This document shows, in pieces, positions 9,159-19,742 of a stretch of DNA of 64,000 bases. Positions within the stretch are counted from its first letter, which is position 1, and each line of letters starts with the position of its first letter. Origin of the DNA: Oscillospiraceae bacterium (lineage in GTDB: Bacteria; Bacillota; Clostridia; Oscillospirales; CAG-272). The position numbers were made by a program, and so were the translations under genes. The notes below the pieces were generated by a model that was not told the origin of the DNA, ran no database searches, and worked only from the letters and a program-made list of their open reading frames with translations. The stretch is taken from NCBI GenBank assembly GCA_015065335.1, contig SVQM01000001.1, positions 4 through 64,003 on the forward strand, in the 5' to 3' direction.

Positions 9159-10478
9159 TCAGTGATATTTGGGAAGGTAATCTCCGTGGGATTCGATAAG
9201 ATCATCGACCATTTTCTTTATGGTGTCGATATCAAGCTCGGATGCAGTGTGAGGATCAAGCATTGCCGCCTGATAGATATGCTCACGCTTAAGAGTTACG
9301 GCAGCCTCGATAGTCAAAAGCTGAACATTGATGTTAGTCATGTTCATAGCTGCACACTGAACGGGGAGAGCTCCAACATGACATCCGTGAATGCCCTGCG
9401 CATCAACGAGACAGGGTACCTCGACACATGCTTCCTTCGGCAGATTTGTGATAAGTCCGTTGTTCAGAACATTGCCGCCGATCTTGAAAGGATTACCTGT
9501 TACGATGGACTGCATGATATATGATGCATATTCCTGTGACCGGGTAGGACTTTTTACGCCGCTCTTCAGAAGCTCCTCATATTCCTTCTTCCATCCTGCG
9601 ATCTGATTAACGCAACGTCTGGGGTATTCATCAAGGGGAATGTTGTATTTTTCGATAAGCTCAGGATACTTGCTCTTTATGTAGAACATATTGTATTCAG
9701 CATTGTGCTCACTTGATTCTGTGCAGTAATAGCCGAAATTCTTGATGTATTCAAGACGGACCTTATTGTGACAATTCGGATCTGCGATCTTCTCATCGAT
9801 CCTTGCCTTTATCTCGGGATAAAGATCACGGCCGTTCTTATCCTTGAATTCAAGAAGCCATGCCATATGGTTGATTCCCGCAATAAGCTCCTTGTGACCG
9901 TCAAGAAGGCTCTCGTCCATACCGAGGGTCTGAATGAGAGATGAAGCACAACACTGAACGCTGTGGCAAAGACCGATAGTCTTTACACCTGTGTATCTCT
10001 GCATATATCCGGCAAGCATTGCCATTGGGTTAGTGTAGTTGAGGAACCATGCATCGGGGCATACCTCCTCAATATCATCTGCAAAGTCCTTCAGAACGGG
10101 AATGGTGCGAAGCGCACGCATTATTCCTCCGATTCCGAGAGTATCGGCAATGGTCTGACGAAGACCGTACTTCTTGGGAACTTCAAAATCGATGATCGTA
10201 CAAGGATCGTAAAGTCCAACCTGAATTGCATCAACAACAAAGTTTGCACCGCGAAGAGCCTCTTTTCTGTTTTCAACACCGAGATAACACTCTATCTTCG
10301 CATTGCAACCAACAGTATTTTTTATTGCTTCAAGAATGACACGGCTTTCCTCAAGACGTGTACCGTCAATGTCGTAAAGAGCAAATACGCTGTCCTTCAA
10401 TTCGTCGGTACACATACAGTCACCGATGACGTTTCTTGCGAATACGGTACTCCCTGCACCCATAAATGTGATTTTCAT
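9159..10478 (-). CDS. melA: GH4 alpha-galactosidase/alpha-glucosidase (NAD/Mn-dependent)
   Basis: N-terminal Rossmann MKITFMGAGSTVFARNVIGD, GLCHS active-site region and 439-aa length are typical of MelA-type GH4. Confidence 0.8.
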   Translation of the reverse strand: MKITFMGAGSTVFARNVIGDCMCTDELKDSVFALYDIDGTRLEESRVILEAIKNTVGCNAKIECYLGVENRKEALRGANFVVDAIQVGLYDPCTIIDFEVPKKYGLRQTIADTLGIGGIMRALRTIPVLKDFADDIEEVCPDAWFLNYTNPMAMLAGYMQRYTGVKTIGLCHSVQCCASSLIQTLGMDESLLDGHKELIAGINHMAWLLEFKDKNGRDLYPEIKARIDEKIADPNCHNKVRLEYIKNFGYYCTESSEHNAEYNMFYIKSKYPELIEKYNIPLDEYPRRCVNQIAGWKKEYEELLKSGVKSPTRSQEYASYIMQSIVTGNPFKIGGNVLNNGLITNLPKEACVEVPCLVDAQGIHGCHVGALPVQCAAMNMTNINVQLLTIEAAVTLKREHIYQAAMLDPHTASELDIDTIKKMVDDLIESHGDYLPKYH

Positions 10479-10575
10479 GGAAACAGCCTCCTTTTATGAA
10501 TATCATGATAGATTATACTATAAGTTGCCATATTTTGCAAGGTGTCTATAATTATATATAGATATAAATAAAGGC

Positions 10576-10604
10576 TTGACGGAACAGGGGATTTTTAATA
10601 TAAT
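10576..10604 (+). promoter_or_regulatory. Sigma-70-type promoter
   Basis: TTGACG-17 nt-TATAAT, 30 nt upstream of the 10635 start. Confidence 0.5.
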
Positions 10605-10634
10605 ATACATATCAAAAACACCTTGGAGGTAGGT

Positions 10635-11459
10635 ATGACATTTGAAATTTTCGCCGAAAAGATCGGCCTTTCTGCTGCCGCAAAAGAGGTAGTAATGAAT
10701 TTTTCTGTTTCCGATGAGGAAAATGACAGACTTTATGAGTTGTTTCTTAACGATTACGATGAGTTTGAGAAAATAGTAAAAGAAAAGGAAGATCCCAACA
10801 GATTTGCTCTCGGACTGATAGGCAATTGGGGTGTAAGATCCTTGAGCATATGGCAGGAAAAGGGTTTTCCGGAGGATATCGCAATTGCCACCCTCTATGA
10901 TCTGACCATATGGAGCAACAGATGCTTTGACCGTACAGGCAAGGTAGGTCTTATTGAGTGGAGATGGTTCATAGTTCATATTACTGCAAGGATATTCCGT
11001 CTCGGAAGACTGCAGTTTGAGCCCGGTGTCATCCGTGATGAGGGGATTCCTTATCCCGACGGAACTCCAATCCCCGTCGGAACTCCGATACTCGGTGTAC
11101 ACATTCCTCGCGGTGACGGCTTCAAGCCCGATTCGATCCGTGAGTCATTTGAGGAGGCAAAGAAATTTTTCCCGAAATATTTCGGCAAAGAATATGATAC
11201 ATACATATGCACCTCGTGGCTTTTGGCACCTCAGCTTGAATCAATGATCTCCGAAACCTCATCCATAGCATACTTCCGCAGCTACTTTACAGTCTACGGA
11301 GAGCATACGGGTTATTCACAGGCAGAGGAATATGTATTCCTTGAAAAGCTTGAGGATAAGACAAAGTATCCCGAAGATACAAGCCTTCGCCGTAATCTTA
11401 AAAAATTCCTTCTTGATGGCGGCGAGATCGGTATGGGCAAGGCTGTAGGAAAATTTTGA
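10635..11459 (+). CDS. DUF5596/GNAT-C-like putative acyltransferase-domain protein
   Basis: Start set at MTFEIF (GGAGG + 5 nt). The family assignment rests only on recalled resemblance (...IEWRWFIVHITARIFRLGRLQFEP...). Confidence 0.4.
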   Translation: MTFEIFAEKIGLSAAAKEVVMNFSVSDEENDRLYELFLNDYDEFEKIVKEKEDPNRFALGLIGNWGVRSLSIWQEKGFPEDIAIATLYDLTIWSNRCFDRTGKVGLIEWRWFIVHITARIFRLGRLQFEPGVIRDEGIPYPDGTPIPVGTPILGVHIPRGDGFKPDSIRESFEEAKKFFPKYFGKEYDTYICTSWLLAPQLESMISETSSIAYFRSYFTVYGEHTGYSQAEEYVFLEKLEDKTKYPEDTSLRRNLKKFLLDGGEIGMGKAVGKF

Positions 11460-11596
11460 ATTTATGCAATTGTTGTAAATCTTGCATCGATCACAATGTT
11501 TTTTGATGAAAAATGCTTGACAATTTGAGAATGTGTGATATAATACAATTGGCAATTATGTGTTTTGCTTAAAAAAAGGAACGAGGTGTTAAAAAA

Positions 11597-12604
11597 ATGA
11601 AAAGGATTTTTGCGGGATTGATCGCTGCTGCATTGCTTCTGTGTTCTGTGATCTTTACGGCAAGTGCGACAGGTACGCTTATTCTCAGAGACGATTTTTC
11701 TACCGGCTTTTCGGGAAAGAACTGGTCTCATACCGGAACGGCGTTCAAATGGCACGATGAAGGTTATCTGTTCGGATACGGCAATGCACGTGTTCTTGAG
11801 ACAAATTACGGTGCCGGTGTTCGTGAACCCAAGATGTTTGATAAGTTCTACACTTCCTATGATGTGAAGATCTGCGGTTTTGATGATACAGGTGATGTAG
11901 ATGGAAATCACGTTATCGGTTTCTGGTACAGAGATCGCTTTGAGAATCCTTCCGGCTCTCAGGGCTGTGTTTATCAGTTCTTTATTGAGGTTGAGACCGG
12001 TGATGCTTATATTCTCAAGTCCACCTATGGCGACGAGGGATTTACCTATCGTGATGAGAACAATATTCTTCAGAAACACGAGATTAAGCCTACAAAGATC
12101 TGTGAGGGTAAGATCAACGGAGAGATCTCCGTTGGAGAGGATGCTCCCTATGTTAATATCGGAATGAGAGTTACCGAGGGACGTATTGAGGGATACTTTA
12201 ACAAAGAGCTTGTTTGCTTTGCAGAGGTCGATCCCAATGGCGAGAAGCTTGGTGATGTATACCTGAACGGTGTAGATTCTACTGTTGGTTCTCAGAAGTG
12301 CCCCATTCTTATCTGGAGTGGAGAAGATGCCGGCGGAAAGCTCTACATCAATCTTGATAACTTTGAGGTTTGGACTCCCGATTATGATTTCGTATCAGTT
12401 ATGTATGGCGATGTAAACGGTGACGAAAAGATCAATCTCAGTGATGTATCAAAGCTTCTTCAGTATGTAGCAAAGTGGGAGGTCGAGAACTTCGCAGAGG
12501 ATGCTGCAGATGTAAATGATGACGGTAAGGTGAATCTTACTGATGCTTCCCGTATGCTTCAGTACATTGCAAAGTGGGAAGTAGTTCTCGGACCTGCTGA
12601 ATAA
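11597..12604 (+). CDS. Secreted dockerin-containing protein with an N-terminal lectin/LamG-like domain
   Basis: Signal peptide MKRIFAGLIAAALLLCSVIFTASA. C-terminal dockerin GDVNGDEKINLSDVSKLLQYVAKWEV / DVNDDGKVNLTDASRMLQYIAKWEV. Confidence 0.7.
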   Translation: MKRIFAGLIAAALLLCSVIFTASATGTLILRDDFSTGFSGKNWSHTGTAFKWHDEGYLFGYGNARVLETNYGAGVREPKMFDKFYTSYDVKICGFDDTGDVDGNHVIGFWYRDRFENPSGSQGCVYQFFIEVETGDAYILKSTYGDEGFTYRDENNILQKHEIKPTKICEGKINGEISVGEDAPYVNIGMRVTEGRIEGYFNKELVCFAEVDPNGEKLGDVYLNGVDSTVGSQKCPILIWSGEDAGGKLYINLDNFEVWTPDYDFVSVMYGDVNGDEKINLSDVSKLLQYVAKWEVENFAEDAADVNDDGKVNLTDASRMLQYIAKWEVVLGPAE

Positions 12605-12627
12605 TAGAAATATTTTGATTTTACTGA

Positions 12628-12668
12628 AAATCGGCATAGTCGTGTGATACGACTATGCCGATTTTTGC
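12628..12668 (+). terminator. Intrinsic terminator
   Basis: AAATCGGCATAGTCG-tgtgata-CGACTATGCCGATTT followed by TTGC. Confidence 0.7.
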
Positions 12669-12750
12669 ATATAAAAGGAAGTGTGACTTACAGGCATATC
12701 CTCCGACAGAAAAGTGAATACTATTTGTATTGAAAGTTGGAGGAGAGATA

Positions 12751-14058
12751 ATGGGATCTGTTTGGGAAAAAGATGTTGCACGGGTGAGTTTTGACTTGCT
12801 TGAAGGTGATAAGCATACGGATGTACTGATCGTCGGAGGAGGTATTGCAGGGGTGCTTTGTGCATATGTTCTTCGTAATGCAGGGATTGACTGTATGCTT
12901 GTTGAGGTCGGAAGAATATGCGGCGGTATAACAAAAGATACAACGGCAAAGATCACCCTCAGCCACGGGCTCATATACCACAAGCTTTCGGTGAGATACG
13001 GTGATGATACGGCGCGGCTCTACCTTGAAGCACAAAAGCATGCAGGCAGTGAGTATGGACGTCTCTGTCGGGATGTGCAGTGCGATTATGAAATAAAAGA
13101 CTCATATGTTTATTCTCTCGACGATCGCAAAAAAATCGAGGAGGAGATCACAATACTGAACAGGCTTGGTGTAGATGCAGAATATTCTGATGGAGAAGCG
13201 TTGCCTTTTCGGGTATCGGGTGCAGTGCGTGTAAGAGATCAGGCGCAGTTTAATCCGTTGAAATTCATTTTCAACGTCGCAAAAGATATTCCAATATATG
13301 AGAAGACTAAGGTGCTTGAATTGTTGCCGTACAAGGCTGTGACGAACCGTGGTACAATCTCTTATGAAAAGATGATCGTGGCAACACATTTTCCCATCCT
13401 CAATAAACACGGTGCATATTTTTTGAAAATGTATCAACATCGCTCATACGTACTGGCGCTGGAGGGAGCAGAAGATGTCGGTGGAATGTATGTGGATGAG
13501 TGTGACACCGGACTTTCTTTCCGTAATTACGGTGATCTGCTACTCCTCGGTGGAGGAGGACATCGTACGGGCAAGCCGGGGGGAGGCTGGAATGAGCTTG
13601 AGAGGCTTGCCGATAAGTATTACAGTGGTGCAAGAATTCGTGAGAGATGGGCGACACAGGACTGTATGACTCTTGACGGAGTCCCATATGTGGGGCAATA
13701 TTCAAAAAATACTCCAGATGTATTTGTGGTAACGGGTTTTAATAAATGGGGTATGACTAACGCAATGATTTCGGCGCATATCCTTTATGATCTCGTCAGG
13801 GGAAAAGATAACCCTTATGCTGAAGTATTTTCGCCATCTCGCAGTATTCTGCATACACAGCTTGCGGTAAATGCTTTTGAATCGATAGTCGGACTTCTGA
13901 CACCTACGGCACCGAGATGTCCTCATATGGGATGTGCGCTCAAATATAACCGTGCAGAGCATTCATGGGATTGCCCATGTCATGGCTCACGGTTTGGTGA
14001 GGATGGAGAGGTGATAAACAATCCCGCAACCGATGATAAGAGAATTAAAAACAGTTAA
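12751..14058 (+). CDS. FAD-dependent oxidoreductase with a C-terminal Rieske [2Fe-2S] domain
   Basis: Start set at MGSVWEK (GGAGGAG RBS). FAD motif DVLIVGGGIAGV. Rieske CPHMGCAL...CPCHGSRF. Confidence 0.8.
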   Translation: MGSVWEKDVARVSFDLLEGDKHTDVLIVGGGIAGVLCAYVLRNAGIDCMLVEVGRICGGITKDTTAKITLSHGLIYHKLSVRYGDDTARLYLEAQKHAGSEYGRLCRDVQCDYEIKDSYVYSLDDRKKIEEEITILNRLGVDAEYSDGEALPFRVSGAVRVRDQAQFNPLKFIFNVAKDIPIYEKTKVLELLPYKAVTNRGTISYEKMIVATHFPILNKHGAYFLKMYQHRSYVLALEGAEDVGGMYVDECDTGLSFRNYGDLLLLGGGGHRTGKPGGGWNELERLADKYYSGARIRERWATQDCMTLDGVPYVGQYSKNTPDVFVVTGFNKWGMTNAMISAHILYDLVRGKDNPYAEVFSPSRSILHTQLAVNAFESIVGLLTPTAPRCPHMGCALKYNRAEHSWDCPCHGSRFGEDGEVINNPATDDKRIKNS

Positions 14059-14104
14059 TATGTTTTTATGGATAAAGAAATGTGATAACCTGGCGAAGTG
14101 AAAT

Positions 14105-14140
14105 GAAGCAGGTCTGTGGAAACAGACCTGCTTCATTTTG
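14105..14140 (+). terminator. Intrinsic terminator
   Basis: GAAGCAGGTCTGT-ggaa-ACAGACCTGCTTC followed by ATTTTG. Confidence 0.7.
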
Positions 14141-14435
14141 TAATATGCATGAAAATATACTACACTACTATTGTATGAACCAATAAAAAAACCGTAATGT
14201 GGGTATGAAATACGAGAAAAAAAGGATCCGGCTTGCGTCAACGGGTGCAAAAGTGCGTCCGGGGTACCGAAGTACGTATGCCCTTTTCTTCTTCCTACTT
14301 TAGCTGAGTTACGAAGTTTTTGATGTCGCCGTCGGTTGCATCGTGGGTGGCGAAAGTGTATTTGTGATATATTTTGACGTGACTGTATTAATGCCGTTTT
14401 AGCATTTAATAAAGCATATATGAGTCATGCCATCA

Positions 14436-17003
14436 TTAAAATGTAAATCGGAATACGTTTTTTCCCGTCTTCGGGATCTCGTATTTCTCGGAAAGATCAG
14501 GCCCGCAGGATGCGGAGCCTACACCTCGCATTGCAAGGTCGATGCACACGTTTACAAAATCATTTTCTTCAAGCTCGAAGGAGTGAGGGGTTTCCGAGAG
14601 CTGTTTTGTTGTGTAAGGATTGACCGAGCATGAGAAGGAATGCTCGGCGGTCATACAAAACAGATCATCCACCCCAAGATAGACACAGCCATAGTGACTT
14701 CCCGATTCCTGAGGCCGAACGTATCCATGATCGTAATTCATATCGGATGTGCCCTCAAAGTATCCGTAAGTGCAGGCGATATGCTTGTCTGAATAGCTTT
14801 CGGTGGGACCGAATCCCACATAAGAAAAACGATCGTGTTTTTTATCTATACCGAACTCAATGCCGAATCTCGGGAAGCAGTTGATATAGTCTGCAAGTTT
14901 GTATTCAACGGTGACTGTAAGTGTATTACCGCTTACCTCATAGATTAACTCAAACTCTGCCGCAGGCATCAGACAATTTGCGGCAAGACAGCCCTTGAAG
15001 TTGTAGGAGCCATTGTTTTTTTCACAGGAAAATATATGAGGTTTGCAGGCGTCGAGGTGATATCTGTCGATCCAAATAGGAACCAGATATCGGTCATTAT
15101 CTATGAAACGTGTAATATTAAGATGCATGGGAATATGCAGCAACTCATTTCCGTCAGCCTTAATAGAGGTGAGCTCACCCGTGTGCTCATCTGCTTCGAT
15201 CTCAATAGAGGAAGAATGAGATATAGCCTTCGGAATATCTGCATGACACATCGCAGAGTTTGTCTTTCCGCCGTAAACGGCTTTCATTTCAAGAGCTGCT
15301 GATTTCAGCTGTCTGTCAGGTGTCAGAAGCCCGTCGGCACAGAAGTTTCCGTCATGCTCAGTCTCACCGAAATCACCGCCGTAAAGAAATCCTTTATCGG
15401 TCTTTATGGCGTGATCTGCCCACTCCCATACAAATGCTCCCATGATCTGTTCACTGCTGTATATGAGATCCCAGTATTCCGAAATATCACCGCAGCTATT
15501 GCCCATTGCATGAGTGTACTCGCAAAGCACAAAAGGACGTGTTTCCTTTGGATTTTGGAGCACCTGCTCCCTGATGGTGTCTATCGACGGATACATCATG
15601 CTAACCATGTCCACAAGCTCTGTGAAGTAATACTTCTTATCTGCACGTTGCAAGCCTTCATAATGTACGGGCCTTGTTTTATCCCGTCTTTTTATGAATC
15701 TTGCTCCGTCAAAGAATGCTTCCCCGAAGGAGCTTTCATTCCCGAGAGACCAGATGATCACACAGGTGCGGTTCTTGTCACGTTCAACGAGAGCCTTACA
15801 GCGGTCTGTAATACCGGGAGAGAATATCATATCCTCAGCATATTCCGACCACAGACAGGGATCATACCCACCGTCACGACTGCAGGCACCGTGCATCTCA
15901 AGGTCAGCCTCATCCATCACATAAATACCGTAAGCGTCACAGAGCAGATAGAACTCAGGTGCGTTTGGATAATGAGACGTGCGGATTGCGTTTACGCAAA
16001 GCTCCTTCATAAGGTGAATATCCTTCGCCATATCCTCAAGACTCACAGTGGCTCCCGTATTACAGTTGAAGTCATGACGGTTGACACCCTTCAACTTAAC
16101 GGGGGCTCCGTTTATTTTGAAGACCTTTTCATCAATTGAGATCTCTCTGAAGCCAATGCTTTCAATGATCATTTCATTATTTGCAGTGATCCTGAGCTCG
16201 TAAAGCTCGGGTGCATCGGCAGTCCACAGATGAACATTGCTCACGGTGATGTCACCTTTTTCGCTGGCAGGTACTGTGATACATCTGCCGTTGAGTGAAA
16301 CAGTTACATCAATAGGACTTTCATTAAAGAAAGTGAATATACCGTCATTTTTACATATCTTCGTTTCTATCTTGTAGTCGGTGATGTGCTCATTTGGACG
16401 GGTGAGCATATATACGCTTCTGAAAATGCCTGAGAAGCGGAACTTATCCTGACATTCCAGGTAAGTTGATATGCACCATTTCAGAACAAGCACATCAACG
16501 GTGTTCTCACCGTCGAGTGAAAGCTCGGTGATATCAAATTCGCTTGTGGCATGAGATATCTGAGAGTACCCCTTGAACTTTCCGTTTATATAAAGGTAAA
16601 ATGCACTGTCTACACCCTCAAAATTGATGTAGTATCTCTCACCTTCACGTTTACTCAGATCAAAGGTGCGGCGATAATGCCAGCACGGATTATCATATGG
16701 TACATGAGGCGGCATGACGGGAATCGGATAGCGGTGGTTAAGATACTGGATCCTGTCGTAACCATGCATCTGTACGCATGATGGTACGGGAATAGTTTCA
16801 GCAAGTTCTTCGTCCACACTGAAATCCTCAACGTGATCAAGCTGTTTAATTTGCCACTGACCGTCAAGAGACATGAATCTTGAGCTCGATGTGCGGTCAA
16901 TGATGCCGTGACTTTTTTGTATCTCATCATTTGGGGAGAAGGGGATGTAGTAGCTTCTGTGAGGTGTAGTGCCTATTCTGTCAAATTTCAGAAATTCATT
17001 CAT
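14436..17003 (-). CDS. GH2 beta-galactosidase
   Basis: 855 aa. Acid/base region WSLGNESSFG and nucleophile region CEYTHAMGNS match LacZ-type GH2. Confidence 0.9.
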   Translation of the reverse strand: MNEFLKFDRIGTTPHRSYYIPFSPNDEIQKSHGIIDRTSSSRFMSLDGQWQIKQLDHVEDFSVDEELAETIPVPSCVQMHGYDRIQYLNHRYPIPVMPPHVPYDNPCWHYRRTFDLSKREGERYYINFEGVDSAFYLYINGKFKGYSQISHATSEFDITELSLDGENTVDVLVLKWCISTYLECQDKFRFSGIFRSVYMLTRPNEHITDYKIETKICKNDGIFTFFNESPIDVTVSLNGRCITVPASEKGDITVSNVHLWTADAPELYELRITANNEMIIESIGFREISIDEKVFKINGAPVKLKGVNRHDFNCNTGATVSLEDMAKDIHLMKELCVNAIRTSHYPNAPEFYLLCDAYGIYVMDEADLEMHGACSRDGGYDPCLWSEYAEDMIFSPGITDRCKALVERDKNRTCVIIWSLGNESSFGEAFFDGARFIKRRDKTRPVHYEGLQRADKKYYFTELVDMVSMMYPSIDTIREQVLQNPKETRPFVLCEYTHAMGNSCGDISEYWDLIYSSEQIMGAFVWEWADHAIKTDKGFLYGGDFGETEHDGNFCADGLLTPDRQLKSAALEMKAVYGGKTNSAMCHADIPKAISHSSSIEIEADEHTGELTSIKADGNELLHIPMHLNITRFIDNDRYLVPIWIDRYHLDACKPHIFSCEKNNGSYNFKGCLAANCLMPAAEFELIYEVSGNTLTVTVEYKLADYINCFPRFGIEFGIDKKHDRFSYVGFGPTESYSDKHIACTYGYFEGTSDMNYDHGYVRPQESGSHYGCVYLGVDDLFCMTAEHSFSCSVNPYTTKQLSETPHSFELEENDFVNVCIDLAMRGVGSASCGPDLSEKYEIPKTGKNVFRFTF

Positions 17004-17425
17004 TATCGCTGCGCTCCGTTACGTATGACATATATGTATAAACATCATCGGGATCGGAGGAGGAGAATCGTATCACTCTGCATCCGAGCATATCCTTTGC
17101 GTGATACTCGAGGTTAGCTGTATGACACCGACAGAGTACAGAAAAAGAAACAGACAAGAAAACATTTGAAGTTGTGCTGATATGCACATGAATTTATACA
17201 GAATAATTATTCGCACTACATACGGCAGATATTCTTGAACTATTTAAATTGTTATTGATGAAAAAAGTGTATTTTATGCGAAAAAATATTAAAAACCTAT
17301 GTACAAAATTAAAAAATAATAGTACAATTATATATGTATAGAATTATTTATAGCAAAAAGCAATACAGAGCAAGCTTTAATTCAGTAATTACAATAAAGA
17401 GAATTCTTCAAGGAGGTCCTACGCA

Positions 17426-18616
17426 ATGAATTTTAAGAAAAAAGAATGTGTTGCCATGATACTGGCAGGAGGTCAGGGAAGCAGACTTTACGTTTTGACT
17501 GAAAGCACGGCTAAGCCGGCGGTGCCCTTTGGCGGAAAGTACAGGCTTATCGATTTTCCTCTTTCCAACTGTGTCAATTCGGGAATCGATACGGTTGGTA
17601 TATTGACGCAGTATCAACCTCTCCAGCTTAACGAATATATAGGTAACGGCTCACCCTGGGGACTTAACAGTTCGGCGGGAGGTATTCATATTCTCTCTCC
17701 GTATTCAAAGAGTGCCGGTTCCGAGTGGTACAGCGGTACTGCCAATGCTATTTTCCAGAATATTTCTTTTATTGATCGGTACAACCCCACCCATGTTCTT
17801 ATTCTGTCGGGCGACCATGTATATAAAATGGAATACGACCGTATGATGGCAGATCATGTGAAGAATGATGCGGACTGTACCATTGCAGTTCTTAATGTTC
17901 CCCTTGAGGAGGCATCTCGTTTCGGTATCATGAACGCCGACGAGAACGGAAAGATCTATGAATTTGAGGAAAAGCCGAAGGTGCCTAAGAGCACCATGGC
18001 ATCAATGGGTGTTTATGTCTTCCGCTGGGAGGTCCTTCGCAGATATCTTATAGAGGACGATGCCGATCCCGATTCCTCAAACGACTTCGGTAAGAATATT
18101 ATTCCAAAGATGCTTGAGGGCGGACACAGTCTTTATGTACATGAGTTTGACGGATACTGGAAGGATGTTGGAACCATAGACAGTCTCTGGCAGGCGAACA
18201 TGGATATACTCGGTGAGTGTCCGATGCTTGATATGCGAGATACGAAGAATCCCATATATGCAAGAAATTATGCTCATCCCGCAAGCTATATAGACCCTGA
18301 GGCAGAAATAGTGAATTCCTATGTCGCCGCAGGCTGTACCATATACGGCAAGGTGTATAATTCAATTGTTTCTACAGGTTGTGTTATAGAGAAGGATGTT
18401 GAGATACACGACAGCTTTATAATGCCGGAGGCAAAGATACAGAATCACTCCACTGTTCGCTATGCTATAGTAGGTGAGGGAGCTGTCGTACATGCCAATG
18501 CCAGAATCGGTGACAATCCGCAGTTCTATCCCGCAGAAGAATGGGGAATTTCCGTTGTGGGTAAGGAAAAGGAAGTTGCTCAGAACGGTGTTATAAAACC
18601 GAAGGAGATATATTAA
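17426..18616 (+). CDS. glgC: Glucose-1-phosphate adenylyltransferase
   Basis: [11 protein letters not shown]...[15 protein letters not shown] motifs. RBS AAGGAGG. First gene of the glg operon. Confidence 0.95.
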   Translation: MNFKKKECVAMILAGGQGSRLYVLTESTAKPAVPFGGKYRLIDFPLSNCVNSGIDTVGILTQYQPLQLNEYIGNGSPWGLNSSAGGIHILSPYSKSAGSEWYSGTANAIFQNISFIDRYNPTHVLILSGDHVYKMEYDRMMADHVKNDADCTIAVLNVPLEEASRFGIMNADENGKIYEFEEKPKVPKSTMASMGVYVFRWEVLRRYLIEDDADPDSSNDFGKNIIPKMLEGGHSLYVHEFDGYWKDVGTIDSLWQANMDILGECPMLDMRDTKNPIYARNYAHPASYIDPEAEIVNSYVAAGCTIYGKVYNSIVSTGCVIEKDVEIHDSFIMPEAKIQNHSTVRYAIVGEGAVVHANARIGDNPQFYPAEEWGISVVGKEKEVAQNGVIKPKEIY

Positions 18617-18629
18617 GGAGGGTGTCAAC

Positions 18630-19742
18630 ATGAAGGTAATGGGTATAATTTTTTCTAATATTTACGACAGTAAGCTGGGTGAGCTTACCAATCACAGAAC
18701 GGTAGCCTCGCTGCCCTTCGGCGGAAGATACAGGCAGGTTGACTTTGCTCTGTCGAATATGTCCAATTCGAATATACATAATATAGGTATCATAACCAAG
18801 CACAATTACCGATCACTTATGGACCATCTCGGTACATGCAGTGCATGGGATCTTAACAGAAAGAATGAAGGTGTTGTATTTCTTCCTCCTTTTGCAGACG
18901 GAAACATGGCATCTGTATATAAGGGAAAGCTTGAGGCACTTTACTCGGCAGTCCATTTTATAGATAATCCCCTCTACGACTATGTCGTAATATGCGATTC
19001 TACTGTGCTCTGTAATGTGGACTACAGGGCAGCGATAAAGCAGCATATAAAGCTGGGCAGTGATGTAACAGTGGTTTCCACTGCTTCGTCTGCGAACAAA
19101 AAGCGTCCTTTGATCCTTCGAACCGACGAATCCGGCGTTGTTACGGATATGAAGATAAACTCGGAGCCGGATGCGGACGAGCTTGCGGGAATGGGTATGT
19201 TCATCGTGAGCAGAGAGCTTATCGTCAAAGTTATTCGTGATGCTTATGCCAGAGGCTACACTCACTTTGAAAGAGACTTTCTCCAGCGTACCTTCAATTC
19301 AGGTGAGCTTAAGTTCGGCGTATACCGTTTTGACGGTGTAGTATTGTACAACGGTGATATTGAGAGCTATTTTGCCAACAATATGGCACTTCTTAACAAG
19401 GATGTGCGTGACGGAATATTCTTGCCTGATTCTCCTATATATACCAAGGTCAGAGATGAGGCACCCACTTACTACGGAAAAGGCAACAAGGTGTCGAACT
19501 GTATCGTTGCCGACGGCTGTATGATGTACGGTGAGGTAGTCGACAGTGTTCTTTTCAGAGGAGTTACCATCGAAGAGGGCGCAACCGTCAAAAACTGTAT
19601 CGCAATGCAAGGATCAAAGATCGGCAAGGGTGCAAGCCTTGAGTGTGTGATCCTTGATAAGAACGTTACCGTTACCGAAGGTGCCAGCCTCAAGGGTACG
19701 CCCGAGCATCCCGTTATAATCAAAAAGGGGGAGACCGTATGA
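18630..19742 (+). CDS. glgD: Glucose-1-phosphate adenylyltransferase regulatory subunit
   Basis: GlgC paralog lacking the GGxGxRL loop (IIFSNIYDSKLGELT...FGGRYRQVDFALSN). Its position after glgC matches Firmicute glgCD. Confidence 0.9.
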   Translation: MKVMGIIFSNIYDSKLGELTNHRTVASLPFGGRYRQVDFALSNMSNSNIHNIGIITKHNYRSLMDHLGTCSAWDLNRKNEGVVFLPPFADGNMASVYKGKLEALYSAVHFIDNPLYDYVVICDSTVLCNVDYRAAIKQHIKLGSDVTVVSTASSANKKRPLILRTDESGVVTDMKINSEPDADELAGMGMFIVSRELIVKVIRDAYARGYTHFERDFLQRTFNSGELKFGVYRFDGVVLYNGDIESYFANNMALLNKDVRDGIFLPDSPIYTKVRDEAPTYYGKGNKVSNCIVADGCMMYGEVVDSVLFRGVTIEEGATVKNCIAMQGSKIGKGASLECVILDKNVTVTEGASLKGTPEHPVIIKKGETV